Under the pieces are notes generated by a model. That model did not search any database. It was not told the DNA's origin and worked only from the letters and a program-made list of their open reading frames with translations. Source: a virus (lineage: Duplodnaviria > Caudoviricetes). From it: a DNA stretch of 35,983 nt. Made by a program: the position numbers and the translations under genes. Each line of letters begins with the position of its first letter. Positions within the stretch are counted from its first letter, which is position 1. This document shows positions 25,991 to 34,659 of this stretch, piece by piece. The stretch spans positions 1 to 35,983 of IMG/VR virus record IMGVR_UViG_3300037482_000237. One strand, 5' to 3'.

Positions 25991-26620
25991 CTATCCGGCC
26001 TCCACCTGGATCGTTCCGGACCGTCGCGGCCCGTACCGGGCGAGCGCCTTCTCGTCCGCGGCGGTCATGACGACGGTGGCGCCGGCGGCGCCAGCGCCCT
26101 GCTGCAGCTGGTAGTTGTAGGCGCCGATCCGCTCGGCGACCATGCCCGTCGTCATCGACGGCGACAGCAGGGTCCGCAGCACCATCGCGCAGACCGTGGC
26201 CATCACGATGTGGGGGATCGTGTCGTCGCCGTGGTCGTAGGTGACCTGGTAGGTGTCCGGCTGGCGCCGGTCCCGCCATGCCGGATCGGTGAAGTCGGCG
26301 CTGTAGGTGGCGTAGGTCAGGTCGATCTTGTCGCGGCCGTCCCACGACCAGAACGACATCTCGGCCGTCGACGTCCCGTCGGGGGCCACCGCCTCCACCG
26401 TGGTGACCGCGGTGACCGGCCGCTGCGGCAGCCGCAGGAGGGAGCCGACAGGGCGCAGGATGATGACGTCTGCGACGACGGCCGTGAACTCCTGCCGGGT
26501 GAAGTCCCGCACCAGCGCCGAGGCGTCGGACAGGAGCGCCGAGGCCCGGGCTTCCTCCTCTGCGGTCAGGTCCCGTCCAAGGCGTCCCTTCAGGTCATCC
26601 TGCGTCGCGAGATCCACCAT
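25991..26620 (-). CDS. head-to-tail adaptor
   Basis: LATQDDLKGRLGRDLT...LLSDASALVR...LPQRPV...VTYDHG; GGAGGT RBS. Confidence 0.85.
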   Translation of the reverse strand: MVDLATQDDLKGRLGRDLTAEEEARASALLSDASALVRDFTRQEFTAVVADVIILRPVGSLLRLPQRPVTAVTTVEAVAPDGTSTAEMSFWSWDGRDKIDLTYATYSADFTDPAWRDRRQPDTYQVTYDHGDDTIPHIVMATVCAMVLRTLLSPSMTTGMVAERIGAYNYQLQQGAGAAGATVVMTAADEKALARYGPRRSGTIQVEAG

Positions 26621-27308
26621 GGTGCTTCACCTCCGTGGCTTCGGCGAGCAGGGCTCGCATGGCGTGCGGATCGGACCGGGCCGAGTGGTAGCGCTGCCAC
26701 AGGGCGCGGCTGTCCGCCGAGCCCCAACGGCGGCTGGTCCGCGGCTGGGGCGGATGCCACAGGTGCCACAGAGGTGCGGTGCCGCGCCACGGCGCACCCG
26801 CCAGGCAGGTGAGTGCGAGCGCCCAGGCCTCGTCCTCCTGGCCCCAGCCGGCGAACCGCGCGTCGAGGGGGATGCGGTCGTAGGTGGCGCGCGGCAGGAC
26901 GGTCATGCCGCCTCCGGCGAATCCGGTGTAGGCGCTCTGGGTGAGCGATGGGCGCCCGGTGACGGCCGTACCGTCCAGGAGCGTGGCAGTGGACTGCTCG
27001 TCCAGCCGGTGGACCTGGCCGTGCGGGATCGCCCACCGGGCGCCTTCGGCGATGGCGGTGACGGCCTGCAGGACGCCTTCGCACCACACGTCGGCGTCCG
27101 CCAGGACCAGGACGTCTCCGCGGGCCTTCGGCAGCCCGGCGGAGACTGCGGCGCCCTTGCACCACGCCCCGCCCTCGGGGCCGCTGCCGGTGACGACCTG
27201 CCAGCCGGGGAACCGGTCGGCCCAGCGCGCACGGACCCACGCCCACGCCGCATCCCGCTGACCGCCGTCGCTGCGCCAAGGCACGATGACCGACACGGTC
27301 AGACTCAC
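26595..27308 (-). CDS. glycosyltransferase (GT-A fold, GT2/GT7-like)
   Basis: GTG 27308 (GTGA overlap); VSVIVPWR, DAD (DxD), FAGWGQED, LWHLWH. Confidence 0.88.
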   Translation of the reverse strand: MSLTVSVIVPWRSDGGQRDAAWAWVRARWADRFPGWQVVTGSGPEGGAWCKGAAVSAGLPKARGDVLVLADADVWCEGVLQAVTAIAEGARWAIPHGQVHRLDEQSTATLLDGTAVTGRPSLTQSAYTGFAGGGMTVLPRATYDRIPLDARFAGWGQEDEAWALALTCLAGAPWRGTAPLWHLWHPPQPRTSRRWGSADSRALWQRYHSARSDPHAMRALLAEATEVKHHGGSRDAG

Positions 27309-27964
27309 GGCTCCCACCTCCTGCACAGGCGGCGCAGCTGCGCGGACGCCTGCTGCTTGTCGGCGCGGGTGATCGTGTGTGAGTGCGAGCCGTCATGCTG
27401 GCGGTAGACGAACCCTGCACGGCGGGTGCCGGTGAAGCGGGCGCCGAGGTGGGCGAAGCCGACCCACAGTGCCGACTCGATCCAGTCGTTGACCGTGATG
27501 TACGGGCGGCGCTCCCACAGGTGCCGGCGGTAGGGCGACGGGGAGAACGCGCCCAGTCGGCCGCGCAGGATCATGCGCGCGCTGACGTGCGGGAAAGTCA
27601 CCTCCTGGCCGTCGCGCAGCGCGCCGAGCGAGACCACGTCCGCCCGGCCGGCCAGGGCCGCGGCGTCCGCCAGGGCGTGCGGGAGGAGGACGTCGTCGGC
27701 GTCCAGGTGCATCACCCACTCGGTCGGCGTTGCGGCGATGGCCGCGTTGCGTACGGCACCCATCCCCTCATGCCGGGTGGTGACGATCTGGCAGGTGAGG
27801 CCGGAAGCGGCGAGCGCTTCACGGGCCGGACCGAGGTCATGGGCGCCGGCGTCGACGATGGTCACCAACTCCGGCCGTACGGTCTGCCCGTTCACGGAGG
27901 CGATCCAGGCGGGGAGCCACCGGCCGTAGTCGCCCCACACGGTGGTGACCACCCCGAGGTTCAA
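27305..27964 (-). CDS. glycosyltransferase family 2
   Basis: TTG 27964 (TTGA overlap); VTIVDAG, AVRNAAI, MHLDADDVLLP, YRQH. Confidence 0.88.
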   Translation of the reverse strand: MNLGVVTTVWGDYGRWLPAWIASVNGQTVRPELVTIVDAGAHDLGPAREALAASGLTCQIVTTRHEGMGAVRNAAIAATPTEWVMHLDADDVLLPHALADAAALAGRADVVSLGALRDGQEVTFPHVSARMILRGRLGAFSPSPYRRHLWERRPYITVNDWIESALWVGFAHLGARFTGTRRAGFVYRQHDGSHSHTITRADKQQASAQLRRLCRRWEP

Positions 27965-28521
27965 TCGAGGCTGCCGATCGCGTACAGCGGCCGCATCTTC
28001 TTCGACTTGTAGCCGTGCGACTTGGCGATAACGCGGGCGCCGTCGAGGGCGGCGACCGCCTCGGGAATCTCCGGGCTGTGCGCGACCGCCTTCGGCAGGA
28101 CCTCGCCCGCCGTGGCGGCCTCGACGAACAGCAGCCTGGACTTGTCCCGCAGCCCAGCGAGCAGCTCCTCCCACCAGGGCACGTGGTGCAGCACCGACAG
28201 GCACAGGACCACGTCGAAGGCAGGCAGCGCGTAGAACTCCTCCTGGGTCAGCCGGTGGTATACGCCGGTGACCCGCTCGTCGTTCGCTTCGGCGAGCGCG
28301 GCGGGCAGGCCCTTGTAGTCGTCGACCGCCGTGCACCGGGCGTCGAACTCCTCGGCCAGGCGCAGGCTGAAGTACCCGTTGTAGGCGCCGAGATCGAGGA
28401 CGGTGAAGCCGCGGGCCTCCCCGAGCTCGGCGGCGATGGCCTCGTAGCGGGGAGCGGCCTTGCGCAGGCCGGTGCCGACCTCCTGTCCGTTCAGCCAGCG
28501 GGGTTGGTACTGCTGCTGCAT
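27961..28521 (-). CDS. class I SAM-dependent methyltransferase (WbdD-like motifs)
   Basis: ATG 28521 with GGAGG RBS; VLDLGAYNGYFSLRLA (motif I), FDVVLCLSVLHHV. Confidence 0.88.
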   Translation of the reverse strand: MQQQYQPRWLNGQEVGTGLRKAAPRYEAIAAELGEARGFTVLDLGAYNGYFSLRLAEEFDARCTAVDDYKGLPAALAEANDERVTGVYHRLTQEEFYALPAFDVVLCLSVLHHVPWWEELLAGLRDKSRLLFVEAATAGEVLPKAVAHSPEIPEAVAALDGARVIAKSHGYKSKKMRPLYAIGSLD

Positions 28522-28985
28522 GAAGTCCTCCAGCGCATACGGATCGAGCTCTTCTGGGGCGAGTCCCACCACTGAGGGGTGAGTCCTTCGTGGATGACGG
28601 GCACCGGGATACCCGACGCGTCGGGCCCGTGCAGGTCGTACGACAGGGCAGAGGGCCGCTCGAGGGCGGTCTCCCAGTCGATGAGCAGCGGCGAGCCGTC
28701 CGCGCCCTGGACGATGTTCCCGACGTGCACGTCCCGGTGGTGCGCGCCTTCGGCGTGTACCGCCTGCAGGAGTTCACGCAGTGCGCCGGCGGGCTGCCAC
28801 CAGGGGAGCGTGCGGGCGGTGGGCCGGGTTTCCAGCACGAGGGCGGCGCCGTCGACGTCGAGCAGTCGAGGCGCCGCCCAGGGCATCCGCTGGTACCAGG
28901 CCGCCTCGGCGGCGGCCGCGGCCGGGTCGGGGTACTGCTTGACGGTGTGCGACCGGCCCACCGTCACGGCCGCGCGCCGTCCCAT
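28491..28985 (-). CDS. minimal protein-kinase-like (APH/Kdo/RIO-type) phosphotransferase
   Basis: ATG 28985 overlaps the capsid stop (TGATG); VK..Y, E helix, APRLL, HRDVHVGN catalytic loop, LIDWE. Confidence 0.82.
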   Translation of the reverse strand: MGRRAAVTVGRSHTVKQYPDPAAAAAEAAWYQRMPWAAPRLLDVDGAALVLETRPTARTLPWWQPAGALRELLQAVHAEGAHHRDVHVGNIVQGADGSPLLIDWETALERPSALSYDLHGPDASGIPVPVIHEGLTPQWWDSPQKSSIRMRWRTSCSSSTNPAG

Positions 28986-29995
28986 CAGGAACCGGTGCCG
29001 TCGTCCAGGTTGATGATCTTGCCGTGGGCCTTCTCGTTGCCGTACTTCAGACCGATCTCGCCGTACAGCTGAGAACGGTCGGACGCCCCGACCTTGGCCA
29101 GCGGCTCCACGAACAGGAACCCCTTGTCCGGGATCAGCATGAACGCGGGCATGCACTGTTCGAGGGAGACCACGAACACCTCGTCGGTGGGCATGTACCG
29201 GTTGAGCATGATGTTCAGCCGGCCGAAGTCGGTCTCGATGGTGGTGACGGACACCCCGCCGACGTCGCGGGTCTGCTCCTGGTAGTTGGCGTCGGTGATG
29301 AACGCCTTGGTCAGGCGCCGCTTCTGGAAGGCGTTGCACATGATCGTGGCCGTGTCACTGACCATGATGCCGCCGTTCTCCCACACCAGCTGCAGGAGAT
29401 TCAGCAGCAGGTATCCCGGCTGCTCGTTGCCGGCGGCGTCGTCGTCGAGGAGCGCCCCGGCGGCGTCGACGACGTTGGTGACGATCGCCTCCTGGATGCT
29501 CCGGGTGCGCCGCGCGGTGGCGTTGGTTGCCGGGTTGTTGAACGTCCCGGTGAGGAAGGACTGCTCGACGTCGCGGGCGAGCTGGATGAGCTGCTGACGG
29601 ATCTGCCAGGTGTTCTCGTCCATGACCGGGTTCATGCCGGTGATGCCCACGCTGCCGGGGTGGGAGGAGCCGGTGGAGTTGTACTGCCCGGTCGCGGCGA
29701 GCTTGGTGTAGGAGATGTCGACGGCTTCCTGGTGGATCTCCAGGACGTTGGTGACGTTGAACCGCACGCGCTCCTCGGCGTCCGGTGCGGCCGCGCCCTC
29801 CACCCGCTGCCGAGTGTCGTCTGCGGCCCGAAGGTCGTAGCCCTGCCACTGGAACAGCGTGCTGGTGACGGCCTCGCCGCCGGACAGTCCGCCGATCGCG
29901 GACAGGAACGGTGTGTCGGTGGGGGTCTCCGCGAACAGGTTGCCCACGAAGTTGGGCAGATTGAACGTCGTGCCCATCCCGGTGATACCGGCCAT
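28985..29995 (-). CDS. major capsid protein (SU10/DUF5309-like)
   Basis: TPFLSAIG...QI..QLARDVE...TDFG...GEIGLKYGNEKAHG; follows the scaffold gene. Confidence 0.9.
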   Translation of the reverse strand: MAGITGMGTTFNLPNFVGNLFAETPTDTPFLSAIGGLSGGEAVTSTLFQWQGYDLRAADDTRQRVEGAAAPDAEERVRFNVTNVLEIHQEAVDISYTKLAATGQYNSTGSSHPGSVGITGMNPVMDENTWQIRQQLIQLARDVEQSFLTGTFNNPATNATARRTRSIQEAIVTNVVDAAGALLDDDAAGNEQPGYLLLNLLQLVWENGGIMVSDTATIMCNAFQKRRLTKAFITDANYQEQTRDVGGVSVTTIETDFGRLNIMLNRYMPTDEVFVVSLEQCMPAFMLIPDKGFLFVEPLAKVGASDRSQLYGEIGLKYGNEKAHGKIINLDDGTGS

Positions 29996-30031
29996 GTCTG
30001 ATCCTTCCCGGCCCGGGCACGCTGCCCGGAC

Positions 30032-30658
30032 CTACTTGTTCTGCTGCTGCAGCTCCATCAGCTGCGCGGCCTTGAGCCGCATCGAGTCCTCCCACTTGCC
30101 GGCCTTCTCGGCCGCGGCGATCTGCTCGGCGAGGGAGGGGTCCGGTGGGTTCGGCATCGCGCCGGGCCGCAGGTTCGCCACGGGCGTCTTGCCCTTGCCG
30201 CCCTTGCCGCCGCTGTCCGGCTGAGCGGGGCCGAAGGAAGCGAGGAGCTCATCAGCGTCCGCCTCGAGCTCTTCCTTCGTCGCGCCGACCAGGCGCTTGG
30301 CCTGGGCCTGGGTGAGCCCCTTCGTAGCGGCCACCTCCAGGCGCAGCGCCTTCGCCTCCAGTTCAGCGGCCCGCTTCTCGGCGGCGGTGGCCCGCTCGGT
30401 CAGCTTCTCCGCCTCGGTCTTGGAGGCCTCTTCGAGCTTCTTGGCCTTCGCGGCCAGCGGCTCCAGCTCCTTGAGACGGACCTCGAGCTCCTTGCGCTGC
30501 TTCTCGGCTTCGCGCCGGGCCTCGCGTTCCTCGGCGATCGCCTTCTTCCCGGCGTCGCCCAGGTCGCCGCCAGCTCCAGCCGGGGCGGCCGGGGGTGTGG
30601 CGGGCGGTGGGGTGGTGTCGCCCGTCGCGGGCGGCGGGGTGGTGTTGTCGTCAGCCAT
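30032..30658 (-). CDS. capsid scaffolding protein
   Basis: LGDAGKKAIAEEREAR coiled coil, SKTEAEK, LVGATKEELEADAD; upstream of the capsid gene. Confidence 0.88.
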   Translation of the reverse strand: MADDNTTPPPATGDTTPPPATPPAAPAGAGGDLGDAGKKAIAEEREARREAEKQRKELEVRLKELEPLAAKAKKLEEASKTEAEKLTERATAAEKRAAELEAKALRLEVAATKGLTQAQAKRLVGATKEELEADADELLASFGPAQPDSGGKGGKGKTPVANLRPGAMPNPPDPSLAEQIAAAEKAGKWEDSMRLKAAQLMELQQQNK

Positions 30659-30706
30659 CGCGGCCGACTCCCTTCGGTTGGTGGTGCGTCCGCCATCGCG
30701 GCGAAC
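30617..30706 (-). promoter_or_regulatory. three GCGAY-pentaloop RNA hairpins at the scaffold translation start
   Basis: 19-nt hairpins at 30688-30706, 30650-30668 (contains the AUG) and 30617-30635. Confidence 0.6.
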
Positions 30707-30743
30707 TTCCCCGCACAGTGCGGGGAGATCTGGGGTGGGCCTG

Positions 30744-31481
30744 TCAGCCCTGCGCGGCCTGGGCGCTCTGACCGTCGACGAACGCGCGCCAGGCGCGGAT
30801 CGCGCCGGCGCCGGTGGTTCCGGCGGTGACCTGGGACCACTGCTCCGACAGGCGCCGTACCTCAGGCGGTTCCGGCTCGCGGCGGTAGAGCAGCTCGGGC
30901 TTGCACCGGTCCCGGTCGTGTGCGCGGAAGTCGGCGGTGGCCTTGGAGTAGACGGCGCCGCGGCTGATGAGCATCTGGCAGAACGCGCACGGCCTCGAGC
31001 CCCCGGGGACGCGCCGGTATCCGGCGATCTCGTCGCGCTCGGCGAAGGTCCGCATGGTCGTTTCGCGGTCGCCTGCGAGGACCAGGCGCGTCGCCGAGCC
31101 CTGCAGCTGGGACGCCATCGTCCGCGCGGAGGCCACCTCCGAGCCGGACTCGGCCATGTGGATCTTGAACGCCACCGGCCCAGTCACACGCAGTGCGGTC
31201 GTGATCTGCTCCACGTCCGGGGTGATGACCACCGGGGCGAGCGTCACGCCCTCGAGCAGGGCGTGCTGCGTCAGGTAGGCGCGGGCCATCCGGGCGAGTG
31301 CGGTCTGTCCGGTGAGGATCTCCTGCTGGACCTGCGGGGAGACCCGCTCCCACCAGCCGTCGATGTCGGCGACGTCGGCGCGCATCGCGGTGATCCGCAG
31401 GCGGCGGGAGATCAGCTCAGCGATCCGCAGGATCTGCTGCTGGTACTCCCGTGTCAGGGCCTGTGCCTGCGGGCTCGGCAT
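30744..31481 (-). CDS. MuF/VG15-like minor head protein
   Basis: GYRRV...CAFCQMLISRGAVY...AHDRDRC; after the portal gene. Confidence 0.75.
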   Translation of the reverse strand: MPSPQAQALTREYQQQILRIAELISRRLRITAMRADVADIDGWWERVSPQVQQEILTGQTALARMARAYLTQHALLEGVTLAPVVITPDVEQITTALRVTGPVAFKIHMAESGSEVASARTMASQLQGSATRLVLAGDRETTMRTFAERDEIAGYRRVPGGSRPCAFCQMLISRGAVYSKATADFRAHDRDRCKPELLYRREPEPPEVRRLSEQWSQVTAGTTGAGAIRAWRAFVDGQSAQAAQG

Positions 31482-32955
31482 CCGTCACCTCCGCTTCCGC
31501 CTCCAGGCCGGGCACCGCCGGCCGGTCGGCGCCCGGGGGCGGCGGGGCGAGCAGCGCGGCAATGTCGCCCAGACCATCGCGGTCCTCGGCCATCAGCTCC
31601 CACCGCTTGATGTCCGTCTCCGTCACCCCGGGGATCCGCTCCCACAGGGCGCGCGGCGGGACGTCGAGGAGCTGGGCGAGCTTGCCCAGCGCGTCCGCCA
31701 CCTGGGCCAGCGAACGGGGCGTGGTGTCGCGCCACACGACCTGGGCACTCGTGTCGTCCCACGTGTCGGTGTCGTCCATGGCCAGGCCGGCGAGGCGGAG
31801 CAGCTGCTCCACCGATTCGCCGAACGCGGTCTTGTGCTCGCCGATGTCGAGCTGGTGCCCGGCCTCCAGCGCGGCCAGCGCCTCCGCGGAGACGTTGGAG
31901 ACGGCGTTGCCGACGACCAGGGTGTGCGGCGGGATCTGCCGCGCCGAGGAGACGTACAGCAGCGTCTTGTCCCGGCTGTCGAGGTAGCCGCCGAGGTTGG
32001 TTTCGGCGAACTCCCCGAACCGGGTGTCCGGGGAGTCGGACTGCCAGACGCGGTTGACGGCGGCGTTCCACGGCTCGGCGGGGTTGCCGTCGGCGTCCTC
32101 GGCGATGGCCATGCCGGTGACCCAGCGCTGTTTGAACGCGGCGTACTGCTGCGCCATGAGCAGCCCGAACGTGGTCTGGTTCAGCTGCCGCTGGGCCGGG
32201 AGCATCGGGTAGACGATGCCCTGCGGTCCGTCGTCCAGGTCGTCGTACGACTCCAGGAAGCGGACGACCGGGCACACGCCGAGCCCGTGTTCCTCCACCT
32301 TGATGCTGGCGGTGTCGATGGCCAGGCCTTCGAAGGGCAGTGTGTCGATGCGCTGGTCGCTGGGCTGCGGCATCACCATCACGGCCGGCACATCGGTGGT
32401 GTACGTGAACTCGTCGTCGTAGACGGTGATGGTCGTGACCATCTGTGTCGGCGACTCGGAGGTGATGACCGGCCGGGGGATGCCGATCGACACCGCGTAC
32501 CGGGGCCACTCGTCGTTGACCGGGTCCTCATACAGTGCGGTCAGCCGGCGCGGCGACCAGGGCGTGATGACCGGGACCGGTTCGCCGGGGAGCACGGTGG
32601 CGTAGGAGACGCCGTACTGCAGGGCGGCCCGGTAGAGGCCGGACTGGCGGGCGTCCATCCGGTTGGGCTGCCACACCGCATCCCACACCGGGCTGTTGTC
32701 GAGGGTGTCGGAGGGCCGGTAGCCGTCGACGAACAGGCCCTGTGCCACGGAGCTGACGAGGAGGGGCAGGATGTTGAACCGGGCCTGGTCGACCAGCTTC
32801 TTGTACTCGGCCGTCGCGGACTTCGGCACGTAGATGTCGCACACGCGGTTCTTCAGGTACTGGTGGATCTCGGTCAGCCGCGGCTCCTCCGCGCGGCGCC
32901 CGGCCAGCAGCCACTGCACCACGTTCACCAGCTCGTCACCATCCATCGCGGCCAC
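31417..32955 (-). CDS. portal protein (SPP1 gp6-like)
   Basis: NILPLLV...WQPNRMDARQ...HGLGVCPVVRF...AFKQRWVTG; after the terminase. Confidence 0.9.
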   Translation of the reverse strand: MAAMDGDELVNVVQWLLAGRRAEEPRLTEIHQYLKNRVCDIYVPKSATAEYKKLVDQARFNILPLLVSSVAQGLFVDGYRPSDTLDNSPVWDAVWQPNRMDARQSGLYRAALQYGVSYATVLPGEPVPVITPWSPRRLTALYEDPVNDEWPRYAVSIGIPRPVITSESPTQMVTTITVYDDEFTYTTDVPAVMVMPQPSDQRIDTLPFEGLAIDTASIKVEEHGLGVCPVVRFLESYDDLDDGPQGIVYPMLPAQRQLNQTTFGLLMAQQYAAFKQRWVTGMAIAEDADGNPAEPWNAAVNRVWQSDSPDTRFGEFAETNLGGYLDSRDKTLLYVSSARQIPPHTLVVGNAVSNVSAEALAALEAGHQLDIGEHKTAFGESVEQLLRLAGLAMDDTDTWDDTSAQVVWRDTTPRSLAQVADALGKLAQLLDVPPRALWERIPGVTETDIKRWELMAEDRDGLGDIAALLAPPPPGADRPAVPGLEAEAEVTDAEPAGTGPDTGVPAADPADR

Positions 32956-32976
32956 TACCGATCACCCCCATGCCAG

Positions 32977-34659
32977 CTATCCCCAGGCCACCACTCGGCC
33001 GGGGCGTTTCTTCGGGCCCTGCTTGTACTTGGCCCACGCCGGTGACGCGAGCAGCTGGCGGCGCACCATGCGCGCGCCGATCGCGCACACCGCCAGGTCG
33101 ATCTTCTTCGGGCTCTCGCGGCTCTCCTTGGAGATGGACACCCCGTACTTGTTGGGCCTTCGGCGGGAGTTGAGGACGTGGCGCTGGAGCCGCGGGTCTC
33201 CGTCGTGGGTGAGTTCCTGTTCCTTGATGTCGGTCTCGGCGCGCTCGCAGGCCTCGGTGAACTCCCGCACGCGGCCGCGCATGTCCCACGCCACCGCGTG
33301 GGCGTAGCGGCCAAGGGTGGCCTGGATGAGGAGCTGCTCGCCGAAGTCGCTCGCCCAGGTGTCGATGTAGGACTCGAACTCGGCGAGGTCGCCGAAGAAC
33401 CCGAGGACGTTCCGCTCGGCCATGACGCGCCTCACGGTCTGGTCGACGTCCTCGCGGTCGACACGCCAGCCCTGGCCCTGCGGCCCGGGCGGCTTCTCCC
33501 AGGCGCCGAGGACGAACACGTGGCCCGTCTCGACGTCGCAGCCGACGAGGCCGGTGGCGTCGTCGGACTTGGAGCCGTCGAAGAACATCACCATCGGCGC
33601 GTCCGCTGCCACCGTCCGGTCCGGCTGGGCGCACGCGGCCCACTCGGGCTTCGTCGTCCAGGCGTCCCGGGACGCGGTGGGCTGGTTGAAGAAGTACCGG
33701 CGCGAGTCCTCGGGATCCTTCTCGACGTTCCAGAACTCGTTCTCGATGATCCCGTCGAGATCCAGGACGTCGGCGAACGGCCCGTACACCTCGCGTAGCG
33801 CGGCGGTCAGCTGGGCGTGGTCCGCCAGGTCGACGTCGGCCGGCGCCTCGCGGTGGTCGAACAGCAGCCGGGTGCCGCGGACCTTGCCTTCGCGGATCAG
33901 CTTGGCCCGCTCGTGCGTGCCCTCGGCCACCGACCCGTCGCCGGGCTGGTACATCGTGGTGGTCTGCAGCGTCCACGGCTGGGCGTCTTTCCGCTTGCGG
34001 CAGTTGCGGTCCACGGTGACGTACATCCGCTTCAGCTCCGGCGTGACGTACAGGTGCGTCTCGTCGAAGATCGTCGCGGTTTCCTTCCCGCCGTCCTTCG
34101 ACGACGAGGACGCGGTCGAGGGCCGGATCTCCCCGCCGCCGGGGATGAACGTGCGGGTGATGCCGGCGGCCCCGGTGGGCAGCCCTTCGCCGAGCGGGCC
34201 CTCCGTCAGGTTGAAGTGGATGTTGTCGTAGGTGTTGCCGGCCTGCTCTTCCTCGGTGGCCAGGCAGCGCACGAACGGGTACGTGATGCGGCGCCCCATC
34301 GGCTCGCCCGGCTGGTACTCGTAGCGGAAGCCCTGCCACTGGTAGATCTCGCCGCCTTCGGCGAAGCCCGCGAACCGGCACGGGCCGAAGGCCTCGAACA
34401 GGCCGATGAACGCGGCCAGCTCCGACTTGGCGCGGCCCTTGCCGCGGCTGATGACCGCCGAGTCGTACAGCTTCCGTCCGGCGGGCTGCAGGGCGTAGGC
34501 GTCGACGATGAACCCGCCGAACTCCCCGTCCAGCTCGACGGGGTCGCCCTGGATATCCCCTGGGCCGTGGACGCACCAGTGTTCGATCCAGTCCCACGCC
34601 AGCATCCCCAGCGACCGGTTCCGGTCGTGTCCGGGGGCGTGGATGAGCTCACGAGGCAT
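32977..34659 (-). CDS. terminase large subunit
   Basis: Walker A SRGKGRAKS, Walker B IFDETH, nuclease FFDGSKSDD and KIDLA. Confidence 0.95.
   Translation of the reverse strand: MPRELIHAPGHDRNRSLGMLAWDWIEHWCVHGPGDIQGDPVELDGEFGGFIVDAYALQPAGRKLYDSAVISRGKGRAKSELAAFIGLFEAFGPCRFAGFAEGGEIYQWQGFRYEYQPGEPMGRRITYPFVRCLATEEEQAGNTYDNIHFNLTEGPLGEGLPTGAAGITRTFIPGGGEIRPSTASSSSKDGGKETATIFDETHLYVTPELKRMYVTVDRNCRKRKDAQPWTLQTTTMYQPGDGSVAEGTHERAKLIREGKVRGTRLLFDHREAPADVDLADHAQLTAALREVYGPFADVLDLDGIIENEFWNVEKDPEDSRRYFFNQPTASRDAWTTKPEWAACAQPDRTVAADAPMVMFFDGSKSDDATGLVGCDVETGHVFVLGAWEKPPGPQGQGWRVDREDVDQTVRRVMAERNVLGFFGDLAEFESYIDTWASDFGEQLLIQATLGRYAHAVAWDMRGRVREFTEACERAETDIKEQELTHDGDPRLQRHVLNSRRRPNKYGVSISKESRESPKKIDLAVCAIGARMVRRQLLASPAWAKYKQGPKKRPGRVVAWG

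Noticed and set aside
27305-28777. 490-aa ORF suggesting a fused kinase/MTase/GT protein
   Set aside because: Only the last 219 aa are GT2-like; the kinase and MTase lie in other frames with their own starts.
26595-28985. DNA hypermodification or restriction-modification reading of the GT/MTase/kinase cassette
   Set aside because: The MTase lacks DNA-MTase catalytic motifs (DPPY/NPPY/PC), no base-hydroxymethylase or TET/JBP gene is present, and the cassette is in the late head operon. Disfavoured, not excluded.
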